Assembly (NCBI GenBank): GCA_964016885.1
Contig: OZ024741.1
Coordinates: 182,032,001-182,096,000 of the forward strand
Length of the DNA stretch: 64,000 nt
Direction: 5' to 3'
From: Eledone cirrhosa
Lineage: Eukaryota
Positions 1-10,490 of this stretch are shown piece by piece. Both the position numbers and the translations under genes were made by a program. Numbering within the stretch: the first letter of the stretch is position 1; the number at the start of each line of letters is the position of its first letter. Below the pieces are notes generated by a model. The model worked only from the letters and a program-made list of their open reading frames with translations. It was not told the DNA's origin and ran no database searches.

Positions 1-2160
1 GACTGTCCCCTGAGGCACCCCACTTGTTATCGGTGTTTCCCTCGAGAGAGCCCCATTTGCTGCGACTGCCTGGCTTCTGTCCCTCAGGAAGCCATGCAGC
101 CACTCACCTACTTTTCCAGTTATGCCGAGTCCGTGTAGTTTGTGACATATCATTCCGTGGTCGACCTTGTCAAAGGCCTTCGCAAAGTCAAGATATATCA
201 CGTCTACATGTGAGCTGTCTAGTAGCTGTCTCAGTACCCAGTCGTAGTGATGTAGCAGCTGTGTAAGGCAGCTTCTTCCTGGGCGGAAGCCATGTTGCGT
301 GCTAGTCAGGCGGTTATTTTCTTCGAGGAAAGTGATTAGTTTCTTTCTGACGACTCGCTCCATGACCTTACTGATATGCGACGTCAGGGAGACTGGCCTA
401 TAGTTCTTGGCCTCCGCTCTACTACCTCCTTTATGGATAGGGCATATTGTGCCTTCTTTCAGCTCCCTGGGTAGTACACCGCTAGCCAAGGAGCTTCTGA
501 AGAGCATCTTCAGTGGAGTTGCTAAGGCCCGCTTACATATTTTTAGGAGAACTGCTGGGAATCCATCAGGTCCAGCAGCCGAGTCTGTTCTAATTTCATC
601 AATGGCGTACACCACATCCTCCTCCGTTATGTCTATGTGGTTGATGGTTGCCATTTCTTGATGTAGTGTTGTGGCATCAAAGAACTCCTCTGGCTTCGTT
701 ATTTGCATGTGCCTCAGTGGACATGTGAAGACACTTTTGTACTGTTCATTCAGTATTTCACATATCTCTTGGGGATTTTCGGTTAATGAACCGTCCGTGT
801 GGAAGAGTGGTCCAATCTTGCAGTGTACTGAGGCAGTTTCTTTTGCAAATTTAAAGAAGGCCTTAGGGTTTGTTTTAATGTTTTCTATGGCCCTGTTCTC
901 TTTCCTTGCCCTCTCATTCTCATGTGAAAGCTTGAGTGCAATCTCGGTGTCAAGTAGTGCACGTTTCAAATAGGATTCCTTCTTGTTTTGGTTTTGTTGA
1001 CTATTCAACTGGTTTGAGAGTTTAGTTCTACGTCTCATAAGGATTTTCCTATCTCTGGGAATAAGATTTTTGTGTCTGTTTGCCTCTTTCTCCGGGACAC
1101 ACTTTTTGCATATGGTGTGTATCGTTGTCATGAAGTGTTGAAATTGTGTGTTAGTGTCTTGTGTGGCGATGTTTGCACTCCATGTTTGCTTCCGGATTTC
1201 ACTCTTAATCTTCTTCCAGTCAGCCCCGTAGAAGTTAAGGCTGGATAGCGTCCCGGAGCTTCTTGGTGGTTTTGTCTCTGTTGGTTCTCTTGGACCACAT
1301 ATCATTAGCTCTACCAAGTTATGATCCGAGAGAATTGTTGGTGTCACCTTTACATTGTGGATGAGCACTTCGTTGTTTGTAAAACAGAGGTCCAGGACAT
1401 TTTCGCCTCTTGTTGGGAGGAGTATTGCTTGCTCCATGAACAGCCTGTGTGTGAGGGCCAGCAGGGATTCCGTCTGTCTCTGTTCTATTGACGTCATTCC
1501 AGGGAGGAGGTGGCCCTCAGGCCATTTGACCTTTGGTAGGTTGAAGTCTCCCAGCAGTAGGATGTTGAGACCCTGGTCCAGTTTGTCAAGGACCTCTTCT
1601 ATCCTACTTAGGCTATCCTCAAATTTACCCTCATGACTGGGGGCATCGGGCGGCCAATATGTGACACATATTACCGTCTGTAGTTGCTTCATATGTATTA
1701 TCAGTGTGTCACAGACTGAGTTTGAATGTGTCAACAGAACAATTGGTGTGACATCTTCACGGATATACAGAGCAACCCCACCATGAGTTCTCTCCTTCCT
1801 GTCCGAACGAAATACAGTATATTTCGGTATATGTATTTCTGCATCTGCTATACTGCTTGTCAGGTGCGTTTCGGTTAGTGCCATGCATAGTGCTTGATTG
1901 CTTATGGCTAAGTCTCCCAGGTAGGAAATTTTACTCATGTTGCTGAGTTTCACCAGGCCCCTGACATTCAGCAGCAGCACTGGTGTGACTTTTGGGGTGC
2001 CAGTAATGGCTGTCGGTATGACACCTGGTCTGGTGTCAGCGGCGGCCACTCTGGGTCCCTTAACTGCGGTGGTCTCGAGTGCTGGTGTGGATGACCCTGG
2101 CTCTGGAGACGATGCAGCCAGGTCAGCTGTCCCACAATCTTCTCGGCCATCACTAAAAAA
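1..2160 (-). CDS. LINE ORF2: apurinic-like endonuclease + reverse transcriptase (partial, open at window edge)
   Basis: Manual translation of the minus strand gives LLLNVRGL, ALTETHL, RSDRKERTHGGVALYI, LLGDFNLP, LDLCFTN, SDHNLV (APE), then NYRPVSLTS, QHGFRPGRSC, YLDFAKAFDKVDH, SGVPQGTV (RT). The APE start and RT end are in the same frame. Absent from the ORF track, consistent with no stop before the edge. Confidence 0.92.
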
Positions 2161-2930
2161 TTTTTCTGATCTGCTGCTGCCATCTGTATCTCGTCGGCAT
2201 GTGCGTGCCTTCTCCTTGTTGGTGCAGCACGCGCGACATCAGCATACTTCTGGAGCGGCTTATTTCGGCTTTGGCTGGGGCATGTTGCGCGAGTATGATG
2301 GGCATAGTTGGTTTGAGACCTAGGGTGGGCGAATCTGCATCCCATCCCTGTCTCTCCATACCAGCATGTCCCGTTCTTGAAAAACTTGCACATTACTTGG
2401 TGTTTTTTGCTCCCAGTGTCTCGGTGCTTTCTGTTCTTTCTTTGAACAGTTGTCCACTGGTCCCTCTGCGCTTGGTTCTCCTTCGGAAGGTGATTTCGCT
2501 TTTCACCTTTGCCCTTAGCTTGTTGGTTGCCCGGCCTGCCCTCCCTGCCTGTAGCGGAGGGTATATCATTTTCTTTCAGGTCCGTGCTTGTGCTCTCCTC
2601 CTTTTCTTTTTCCCTTTCCTTTTCCTCTTCCTTTTCCCTCTCCTTCTCCTCATCCCTCCCTTCGGTTTTCTCCTCCCTGAGGACACGGCTTAGCATCGCC
2701 ATATGAGGCGCTATGAGGACATACGCCTTCTCAATTTCTTTTCTCTTTCTCTCTATCTGTACCAGGGTCCTCATAAACCCATGGCTCTTCAGGTTCTCCG
2801 CCATCTTTTTGCTTGGTGGAGACCCATCAGCCATAGTCCACCCCTTGATCAAAACCGCTAGTTCAATCTTCGACCAGTTTCGCTGACTCCTGATTTCACA
2901 TTTTTCCCATTTTTCCTGCATGCAGTCCAT
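1968..2930 (-). CDS. LINE ORF1, 320 aa: Myb/SANT-like N-terminus, acidic/basic linker, CCCH-type zinc finger
   Basis: RNWSKIELAVLI...KMAENLKSHGFMRTLVQIERKRKEIEKAY resembles trihelix/Myb-SANT-like domains; CKFFKNGTCWYGETGMGCRFAH is a C3H finger; lies upstream of ORF2. Confidence 0.8.
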   Translation of the reverse strand: MDCMQEKWEKCEIRSQRNWSKIELAVLIKGWTMADGSPPSKKMAENLKSHGFMRTLVQIERKRKEIEKAYVLIAPHMAMLSRVLREEKTEGRDEEKEREKEEEKEREKEKEESTSTDLKENDIPSATGREGRPGNQQAKGKGEKRNHLPKENQAQRDQWTTVQRKNRKHRDTGSKKHQVMCKFFKNGTCWYGETGMGCRFAHPRSQTNYAHHTRATCPSQSRNKPLQKYADVARAAPTRRRHAHADEIQMAAADQKNFLVMAEKIVGQLTWLHRLQSQGHPHQHSRPPQLRDPEWPPLTPDQVSYRQPLLAPQKSHQCCC

Positions 2931-3061
2931 TTCGCTGTGGGGGGGAGAAAGAGGGACAGTGGGAGGTGTAGAGTAGAGGTTAGAGAGGGACAGAGTGAGG
3001 GAGGGAGATAGAGATATAACTCCAGCGAGAGAAAAAGAGAAACAGAAGAAAAGAAAAGAAA

Positions 3062-3638
3062 ATATATATATATATTATATATAATATATAATATATATAT
3101 ATATATATATGTAATATATATATATATATATTATATATAATATATATATATATATTATATATATATATATATATAATATATATATATATATATTATATAT
3201 ATTATATATATATTATATATATATTATATTATATATATATATATATATTATATATATATATATATATAATATATATATATATATATTATATATAATATAT
3301 ATATATATATTATATATATTATATATATATTATATATATATTATATTATATATATTATATATATATTATATATATATTATATTATATATATTATATATAT
3401 ATTATATATATATTATATTATATATATATATAATATATTATATATATATTATATTATATATATATATAATATATTATATATATATTATATTATATATATT
3501 ATATATATATTATATATATATTATATTATATATATATATAATATATTATATATATATTATATTATATATATATATAATATATTATATATATAATATATTA
3601 TATATATATTATATTATATATATATATAATATATTATA

Positions 3639-3694
<56 letters not shown>

Positions 3695-3705
3695 ATAATA
3701 ATAAT
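3062..3705. repeat. Degenerate (TA)n/(TTATA)n microsatellite
   Basis: Only A/T apart from a single G; separates the LINE from the PLE. Confidence 0.97.
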
Positions 3706-3718
3706 AGGAACCAGTAAG

Positions 3719-3812
3719 ACCCCGACAGCTGAGCTCAAGCCGTTTCGACGGCTAATTCTGGACTAAATGAAAATTTATCCTGGTATTTAAATAGCCGATC
3801 TTCTCAAGGGGT
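3719..3812 (-). ncRNA. Type I hammerhead ribozyme, family A (U3-A8 core variant)
   Basis: Reverse complement of 6438-6531. Confidence 0.75.
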
Positions 3813-4171
3813 AATTCCATATATGGTCAAAGTGATTGTCAAATATCAGTAGTAATTCTGTGGTTGCAAATTAGTAGGGGAGATGGTGGCTAAACCTGCC
3901 AGTAGGAGAAAGAGGGGAGGGGGTGGAGTAGACCCAATCAAGCGTTGGTAGTGCCAGCTACAGCTGGGCATGAGGTCAAAGAAGATACAGGGGAGGGGGA
4001 GGAAGTCGGAACGGTAGGTAGAACAATGGGGGGTAGAAATAGGAAAGAAAAAATACTGAGAGTGAAGAAAAGCAAATAAGTGTAAAGAAAAAAGTAAAGT
4101 AAATTAAATTCAACGACCTAGGTGTCAGGCTATTGTTAGGCGAGAATAAAATAAAGAAAGAAAGAAAGAAG

Positions 4172-4206
<35 letters not shown>

Positions 4207-4915
4207 GGAAATAAGTAAGAGAACTAGGTGGGACGGATAAGGCAAGGACCCTTTTAAGAGGTATAAGTACGTAAATGATACGGTGACGGGTCAACAAAAG
4301 GGGCCAAAATACTAAAGAGACTACCACGAAATAAACAATAAAGGTTTCCATCCCGGGCCAGCAACGACCCAGTGCAGCAAAGTGAACTTGTACGAGATAA
4401 TAATTCTGAGTCCCGAGAAAAATATATACTAATGCTAACTCTAAAAGATCTAAAACAAGCTACATTAAAGTTCGTACGAAATAAAGGTAGAATACGGAGA
4501 AATAAATTCAGAATCCACCCCGCCCAGAAGAAAAGCGAAGCAAGAAATACTGAAACGAAAAAATAAGGCATAAGTGCCACTAAGAAATATAGAGGGCACA
4601 GAGAATAGTGGGAGCGGTCGGAAAAAGGGGGAAAGTATCCGGGGTCTAAGCCAACTGCTATAAAGGGCGGAGTCCGCCAAATCTATCAAAGACTAGGGGA
4701 GGGGGGGTACTAAGGCTACATGGAGCCAAAGGGCAGCCTCGGGTGGGCGAGAAAAGACGCCGACAAAGGAGAAGAGCTGGGGTAGAAGGACAAAGGAGAG
4801 AGGGGGGAAGGAAATAAAGGAAGCGATAAAAGAATACAAAGAAGATCTTACGTCTTCCTTGGCAAGCAGGGGTTACCCATTGCAAAATCGGCAACTGGGG
4901 TGTTATAGCCCTAGT

Positions 4916-6010
4916 CTACCCCCCCGGGTCATTATGGGGTTTGAGGGCGAGGTAAGTCCTACGCAATCTATGTTTACATGCAGTAACCAGTTCATCTTTC
5001 TTGTTTAGGAGTTGGTCCGTCGAAAACAGCATTTGTAAAGTTTCCTCCGAGCATAAATTGCACGGACGGCGTCCTCCCGTGTAAGAATTGGCTCTGGACA
5101 GTAATCTCCAAGTGAGATCATAGGTGATGTTGTTGTCCTTGAGGTCCCATATGTGGCCCGAAAGTGTAGTGGCGTGACGCCGGGCCGGGTTTCGGAAGGT
5201 ATGTCTATGTTGGTATAGCCGGGTCTTGAAGTCACATGCGGTAAGTCCTATATAGGCTTTGTTGGAGGTATCCGTCCTCACGTTGCACTGGTAGATCACA
5301 TTACGGTCTCTGCATCTATTGTCGAGTGGGCAAATAGATCTATCCGGGCAGTTACACTACCTGGTCGGTTCTCCACTGCTAATTAGGTTATTTCTGCCAT
5401 CGGGGTTGAGTTTTTTGTTGTTAGAGGAGACGATGTTTTGTGCGAAGTTTGGTGTAGTGCTGTAAGAGAGTTTGATGGTATTTTTGTTAATTATGTTGTG
5501 GTAGCGGTGTTGTAATGGGAAGTGTTTTTCAATGAGCCTAAAGAATAGTTTCCCGATGGGAGTAGTCACCTCTGCGTTGTGGGGAGGATTGAACCATGTT
5601 ACATTGCGTGAGCGGCGGTGTCTCCTGCTGGTTCCGCTAATGGGAGCTGGACAGTAGGATATTTCCTCCCGGAAACCACTCCGCTTGAGGGCCTGATTGT
5701 AATAAGGCGCATGTTCATCGAATATCCGCTCATTAGCTGACAAACGGGATATGCGGAGGGAGATGTTTTTGACCAGGTTGTTTGTGATGTTCCTAGGATG
5801 GTTTGATCGGCGGTGGATGTAGTGCAGATTGTCATTAGGTTTCCTGTATGGGTAGTACAGGTCGTTTTCGAGGTCGAGGGTTACGTCCAGGAAGTTTACT
5901 CGGGTCAGGGACGTTTGTAGGGTTATTTTAAATCCCCAGTCGCGGAAGAATCTGATTAATTGTTTCCGGACCCGATCTGTACTACTGGGGTTGTACCCTT
6001 TTCTTCACAT
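4916..6010 (-). pseudogene. PLE ORF fragment: RT thumb region, in-frame TAG at 5357-5359, then CNC-C-C linker and GIY-YIG endonuclease
   Basis: VNFLDVTLDL, YRKPND, YIHRRSNHP, VTWFNPP, KNTIKLSYS; then CNCPDRSICPLDNRC, VIYQC, YIGLT, FKTRLYQH, CNLCSEE, LNKKDELVTACKH. Confidence 0.9.
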
Positions 6011-6437
6011 TAGGTTTCCTGTATGGGTAGTACAGGTCGTTTTCGAGGTCGAGGGTTACGTCCAGGAAGTTTACTCGGGTCAGGGACGTTTGTAGGGTTA
6101 TTTTAAATCCCCAGTCGCGGAAGAATCTGATTAATTGTTTCCGGACCCGATCTGTACTACTGGGGTTGTACCTTTTCTTCACTCTCAGTATTTTTTCTTT
6201 CCTATTTCTACCCCCCATTGTTCTACCTACCGTTCCGACTTCCTCCCCCTCCCCCTCCCCTGTATCTTCTTTGACCTCATGCCCAGCTGTAGCTGGCACT
6301 ACCAACGCTTGATTGGGTCTACTCCACCCCCTCCCCTCTTTCTCCTACTGGCAGGTTTAGCCACCATCTCCCCTACTAATTTGCAACCACAGAATTACTA
6401 CTGATTTTTGACAATCACTTTGACCATATATGGAATT

Positions 6438-6531
6438 ACCCCTTGAGAAGATCGGCTATTTAAATACCAGGATAAATTTTCATTTAGTCCAGAATTAGCC
6501 GTCGAAACGGCTTGAGCTCAGCTGTCGGGGT
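6438..6531 (+). ncRNA. Type I hammerhead ribozyme, family A (U3-A8 core variant)
   Basis: Stem I ACCCC/GGGGT; core TTGAGAA (6443-6449); stem II GA(T)CGGCTA/TAGCCGTC with long loop; GAAA (6504-6507); stem III CGGCT/AGCTG with self-complementary GAGCTC loop; GUC site 6524-6526. Confidence 0.78.
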
Positions 6532-6689
6532 CTTACTGGTTCCTATTACCCACTCTACTACCTCAAGTATTGAGTACTTTGGTGCGTTATGGTCCACCTG
6601 GTTCCTTACCACATTTCCTTCGTTATATTATATATATATATATATATTATATATATATATATATTATATATATATATATATATATTATA

Positions 6690-6920
6690 TATTGTTATAC
6701 TTTGGGAGGGTCATGTTGCCAATAAGAAACACACGCACCAGTTGCTTTCATTTCAATTCATTATATATTTATAAATTTATAAATTTACAAATCTACAAAC
6801 TTATAAATTTCTGGTTGGTGTGTTTCTTATTGGCAACATGACCCTCCCAAAGTATAACAATATCGGTTTCAACACACGATTTTAGATAAAGAATCTTGCT
6901 ACACAAATTCAGAAACGAAA
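6690..6920. mobile_element. Short palindromic insertion, same family as 29877-30770
   Basis: ATATTGTTATACTTTGGGAGGGTCATGTTGCCAATAAGAAACAC recurs inverted at ~6819-6862; one-sided tail to ~6920; (TA)n flanks. Confidence 0.75.
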
Positions 6921-6927
6921 TATATAT

Positions 6928-6961
<34 letters not shown>

Positions 6962-7590
6962 ATATATATGTGTGTGTATATATATATATTATAAATAAGA
7001 CAGACTGTTTTATTCGTACATGTACGTATTTCGAAGATGCAAGGGTGGGTATATAATAACCCCCTTAGCATGTTTTCACAAGATGGAGTGACATGTATTT
7101 TCCAATCCATTGATATGTTACTGGTTTAACGTGGTGTTAACATCGCTGTCAAGTACCAACTTTCATCCACTGAATAATATATATATACAGTCTATACACG
7201 GATATATGTCACATATTTCTCCACAGTAAGACGACGTGAAAACTAGCTTGGAAATAAGTCCTCCTGTTTGCACTTGCGATAAAATGAAGTGCGAAAAGCG
7301 CTGCAGATAAAGTAAAAATGTTTAAACTTAAGACATGGGAGAATTTAGGGGTTTAGCTAGAATCTTACTTTAGCTCAGCAAATTATTCTGGCAGAGCAGC
7401 CACTTTGTAATAAGAAGTCCCTCTCCGTCTTCTGATGTACATGAGGTGCATCCTGGAGCGATGTCTAATCTCTCGGAGGCGGAGCTCACCAGACCAAATA
7501 AAGAGATCAAATGTGACAAGGCCTCTGGGGAGGTTGAAATTCGACCGGAGAAGGTATTATCAAATCTCTCTCTGTGTATTTATATATATA

Positions 7591-8040
7591 CTAGCAGTGA
7601 ATCCCGGCGTTGCACGGCTAAGAAATTTGGTAATAGCACCTCCAATGAGAAACGTTTATTTGTGAGTGACTGTTAAAACTCACGAAAATATACCGACAGG
7701 AAACTTGTTTTATTTGGAGAAAATTAAGAAGTTGAAAGTACAGTTTAGCTGTCTACGTGCATTGTTCATAGAAATATTCTTTTCATACTCCTCTCTTTGG
7801 GCCTTTTAGAGTAAATGTGAAGGAGAAAGTCACAGGTTAAGTAGGGAGAAGGTTCCAGTGTCATAGCAGTAAGGTGTAGGCTACTTACCTCAAAAGTTCC
7901 TTCGGACTCTTGTCACTAAGTTACTCTTTCTCTCTATCCCTTGCGAATTCCTCGCGTAGGCCTGGTGTAGATTTGTACCCGATCCATCTACCCGATGCAC
8001 ATGTCCGTTTTGTACGGCTTTTGGAGGAAGGAGTGACCAG
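7591..8040 (-). mobile_element. Non-autonomous Helitron-like element, truncated copy
   Basis: Minus strand ends CCGTGCAACGCCGGG...CTGCTAG (subterminal hairpin + CTAG); close homolog of 8470-9160. Confidence 0.7.
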
Positions 8041-8065
8041 TCAATATTTATAAAACAAATTTGTA

Positions 8066-8127
8066 TTTTATCTGATGAAAGCGCACCAAAATTTGCCTTG
8101 GTTGCCCTTGAAATATATATAATAAAA
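8066..8127 (+). ncRNA. Minimal type I hammerhead ribozyme, family B
   Basis: TTTTAT-CTGATGA-AAG...CTT-GAAA-TATATATA-ATAAAA: stem I TTTTAT/ATAAAA, palindromic TATATA in stem III, AUA site. Confidence 0.8.
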
Positions 8128-8161
8128 TAATTATGGTTTTATAAATATAGTTTCCATTTAG

Positions 8162-8243
<82 letters not shown>

Positions 8244-8434
8244 TTTAGTACAGCATTGACGAAGCTATAGTATACGGCCAAGCTAGCGTATATGCATAAT
8301 CGGTCTGTAGCTTTAGCACTCGGATGATGTAAGACCCCAGAGTAATAACATTACGTTCAGACAGCTTAGCAAATCAGATATAGCAGTCGGCAGTCCGACC
8401 GCATTACGAGAGCAACGAAAATACAGGACCCAGG

Positions 8435-8469
<35 letters not shown>

Positions 8470-8470
<1 letters not shown>

Positions 8471-9160
8471 TAGCAATGTATCCCGGCGTTGCAGTGGTAA
8501 GGACATTGGTAACAGCACCGCCAATGAGAAACGTTTATTTGGGAATGCTTGTTAAAATCTCACAAAAATATACCGACAGGAAACTTGTTTTATTTGGAGA
8601 AAATTAAGAAGTTGAAAGTACAGTTTAGCTGTCTACGTGCATTGTTCATAGAAATATTCTTTTCATACTCCTCTGTTTTAACCTTTTGGAGTAAATGTGA
8701 AAGAGAAAGTCACAGGTTAAGTAGGGAGAAGGTTCCAGTATCATAGCAGTAAGGCGTAGGCTACTTACCTCAAAAGTTCATTCGCACTCTTTCCACTAAG
8801 TTACTCTTTCTCTCTATCCCTCTGGGTGCAGTCCCTTGCGAATTTCTCGCGTAGGCCTGGTGTAGATTTGTACCCGATCCATCTACCCGATGCACATGTA
8901 CGCTTTGTACGGCTTTTGGAGGAAGGAGTGACCAGCAGTACGTCGTTCGGTATTATTACGAAAAGGTGTAGCAGAGAATCCCGTGTGAACTAACAGCTCG
9001 GGAGAAAACTGCTTACCTCGAAGATTCATTCACCATCGTTCTTGTCAACGCTCCGTTTACTTATTATTTGTTAGTCTACAGTTAGATGAATGGGGGTGAA
9101 TGTTTATTGGCAAGAAGTTTTTTGAATAATAAAAAACGGGTTAAAGCGACCTACAATGTA
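8470..9160 (-). mobile_element. Non-autonomous Helitron-like element
   Basis: CTAG terminus at 8470-8473 in a TA tract; subterminal hairpin; ~450 bp shared with 7591-8040. Confidence 0.7.
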
Positions 9161-9559
9161 TCTGTGTATATATATATAATTTCGCCGGAGTATTGCTATT
9201 AGCTTTCTCCGATTATGTATTTATATATTTAATCTTGGAGCAACGATTGTTTGTTCTTATATCTCATTCTGTTATTTTGCCCGAGAAAATATCTATATGT
9301 GTCATCAAGCGATGCGCACATATGGTTATTTTTTTCATATCCAATTGAGTTCTAGCACGTGGCTTGAATTCTTTTCAGAGTTCATTGACCTGCGCATGTA
9401 TTGTTTTTTGGCGGTAGTCTCGTTCCTCCTATTTTCGAAACAGTGTGAGATTTTCTTTAGAACTGCTGGACTAACAACCTAGCAGCTCCCTCAAGCACTG
9501 ATGGTGATTATCGCTAAAATTGATGTTGATTTGGTTATCAATATTAATAGTATTGGGCA

Positions 9560-9682
9560 CCCACTGAAGAATTATAAGAGCCCACTTGTATAAGTATCTG
9601 TTGATCTTATACAAGCTTCTACATAATTTGGTATAATTTCACCCAACTTGTAGAAATCTTATAATGAAACGAGTCGTCTGGG
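9560..9682 (+). ncRNA. Type I hammerhead ribozyme with long stem II insertion
   Basis: CCCA-CTGAAGA-ATTATAAGA...TCTTATAAT-GAAA-CGAGTCG-TC-TGGG; lies in a unit bounded by ~40-bp direct repeats (9184-9225, 9819-9858). Confidence 0.8.
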
Positions 9683-9852
9683 AAGTGATATATTCGATAT
9701 ATCTCATATGAAATGATACAGCCAATTTTCTACAATATACAATTAGTTAGCACCCCGAACGTTTAATTGGGAATATACTCAGGTATTTCCTAATGTTTGT
9801 TGAGTGAGTTGGAATTTGGCCGGAGTATCGCTATTAGCTTTCTCCGATTATG

Positions 9853-9913
<61 letters not shown>

Positions 9914-9969
9914 TATATGTGTGTGTGTGTATGTGTGCATATATATATACGTGTGTGTGTGTGTGTATG

Positions 9970-10033
<64 letters not shown>

Positions 10034-10034
<1 letters not shown>

Positions 10035-10444
10035 CTATTATATAAATGAGAAATGGGCGAAAATTGTCTGAGTCGTGTCTGTATACAGGCAAAAGGGTAG
10101 TACCAATACTCTGATTGTCATGAAAATTTACACATTAATGTAAAAGGTGTCGAGGAAGCGACAGATCTACGTAGGGTTCTCTAAATTGAAAGGTGGGGTC
10201 TCTAGGGCCAAACAACGGTCTTTTTCTATCGATTTTACCTCCCTATATTTTCTTAGCTTTACTCTCTCCGTCGCTCTTCCCTCTCTCTATAATAGATCAT
10301 TTCCCCTCTCTATAATTTAACTGCTTTACCCTCTATGTCGCTCTTCACTCCCTATATGACAACACTGCAGAGAGAGATAGGCTGTTAGAATAGCAGAGAG
10401 AGATAGGCCGTTAGACGGAGAGAGATACAATTAAAGTGTTAGAT

Positions 10445-10490
<46 letters not shown>

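Larger units (their letters stand above)
1..3060 (-). mobile_element. CR1-group (CR1/L2-like) non-LTR retrotransposon, 5' portion; runs off the window start
   Basis: ORF1 (1968-2930) overlaps an APE+RT ORF2; pyrimidine-rich 5' UTR ~2931-3060 abuts a (TA)n tract. Confidence 0.9.
3706..6625 (-). mobile_element. Penelope-like retroelement, copy 1 (5'-truncated, inverted pseudo-LTR at 5' end)
   Basis: Minus-strand RT C-terminus + GIY-YIG; 6175-6543 is an inverted copy of ~3706-4070; internal ~175-bp direct duplication (5835-6009/6010-6182); flanked by (TA)n on both sides. Confidence 0.93.

Noticed and set aside
24-1636. Plus-strand ORFs of 80-100 aa
   Set aside because: Antisense shadows of the LINE ORF2.
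1990-1998. CCCAAAA as the frameshift site near the ORF1 stop
   Set aside because: Not in the X-XXY-YYZ register of ORF1; the 2154-2163 site is.
4254-4580. Hydrophobic 108-aa ORF recurring at 31402 and 33128
   Set aside because: Lies in the T-rich pseudo-LTR; it recurs only because the DNA copies are nearly identical, with no evidence of coding constraint.
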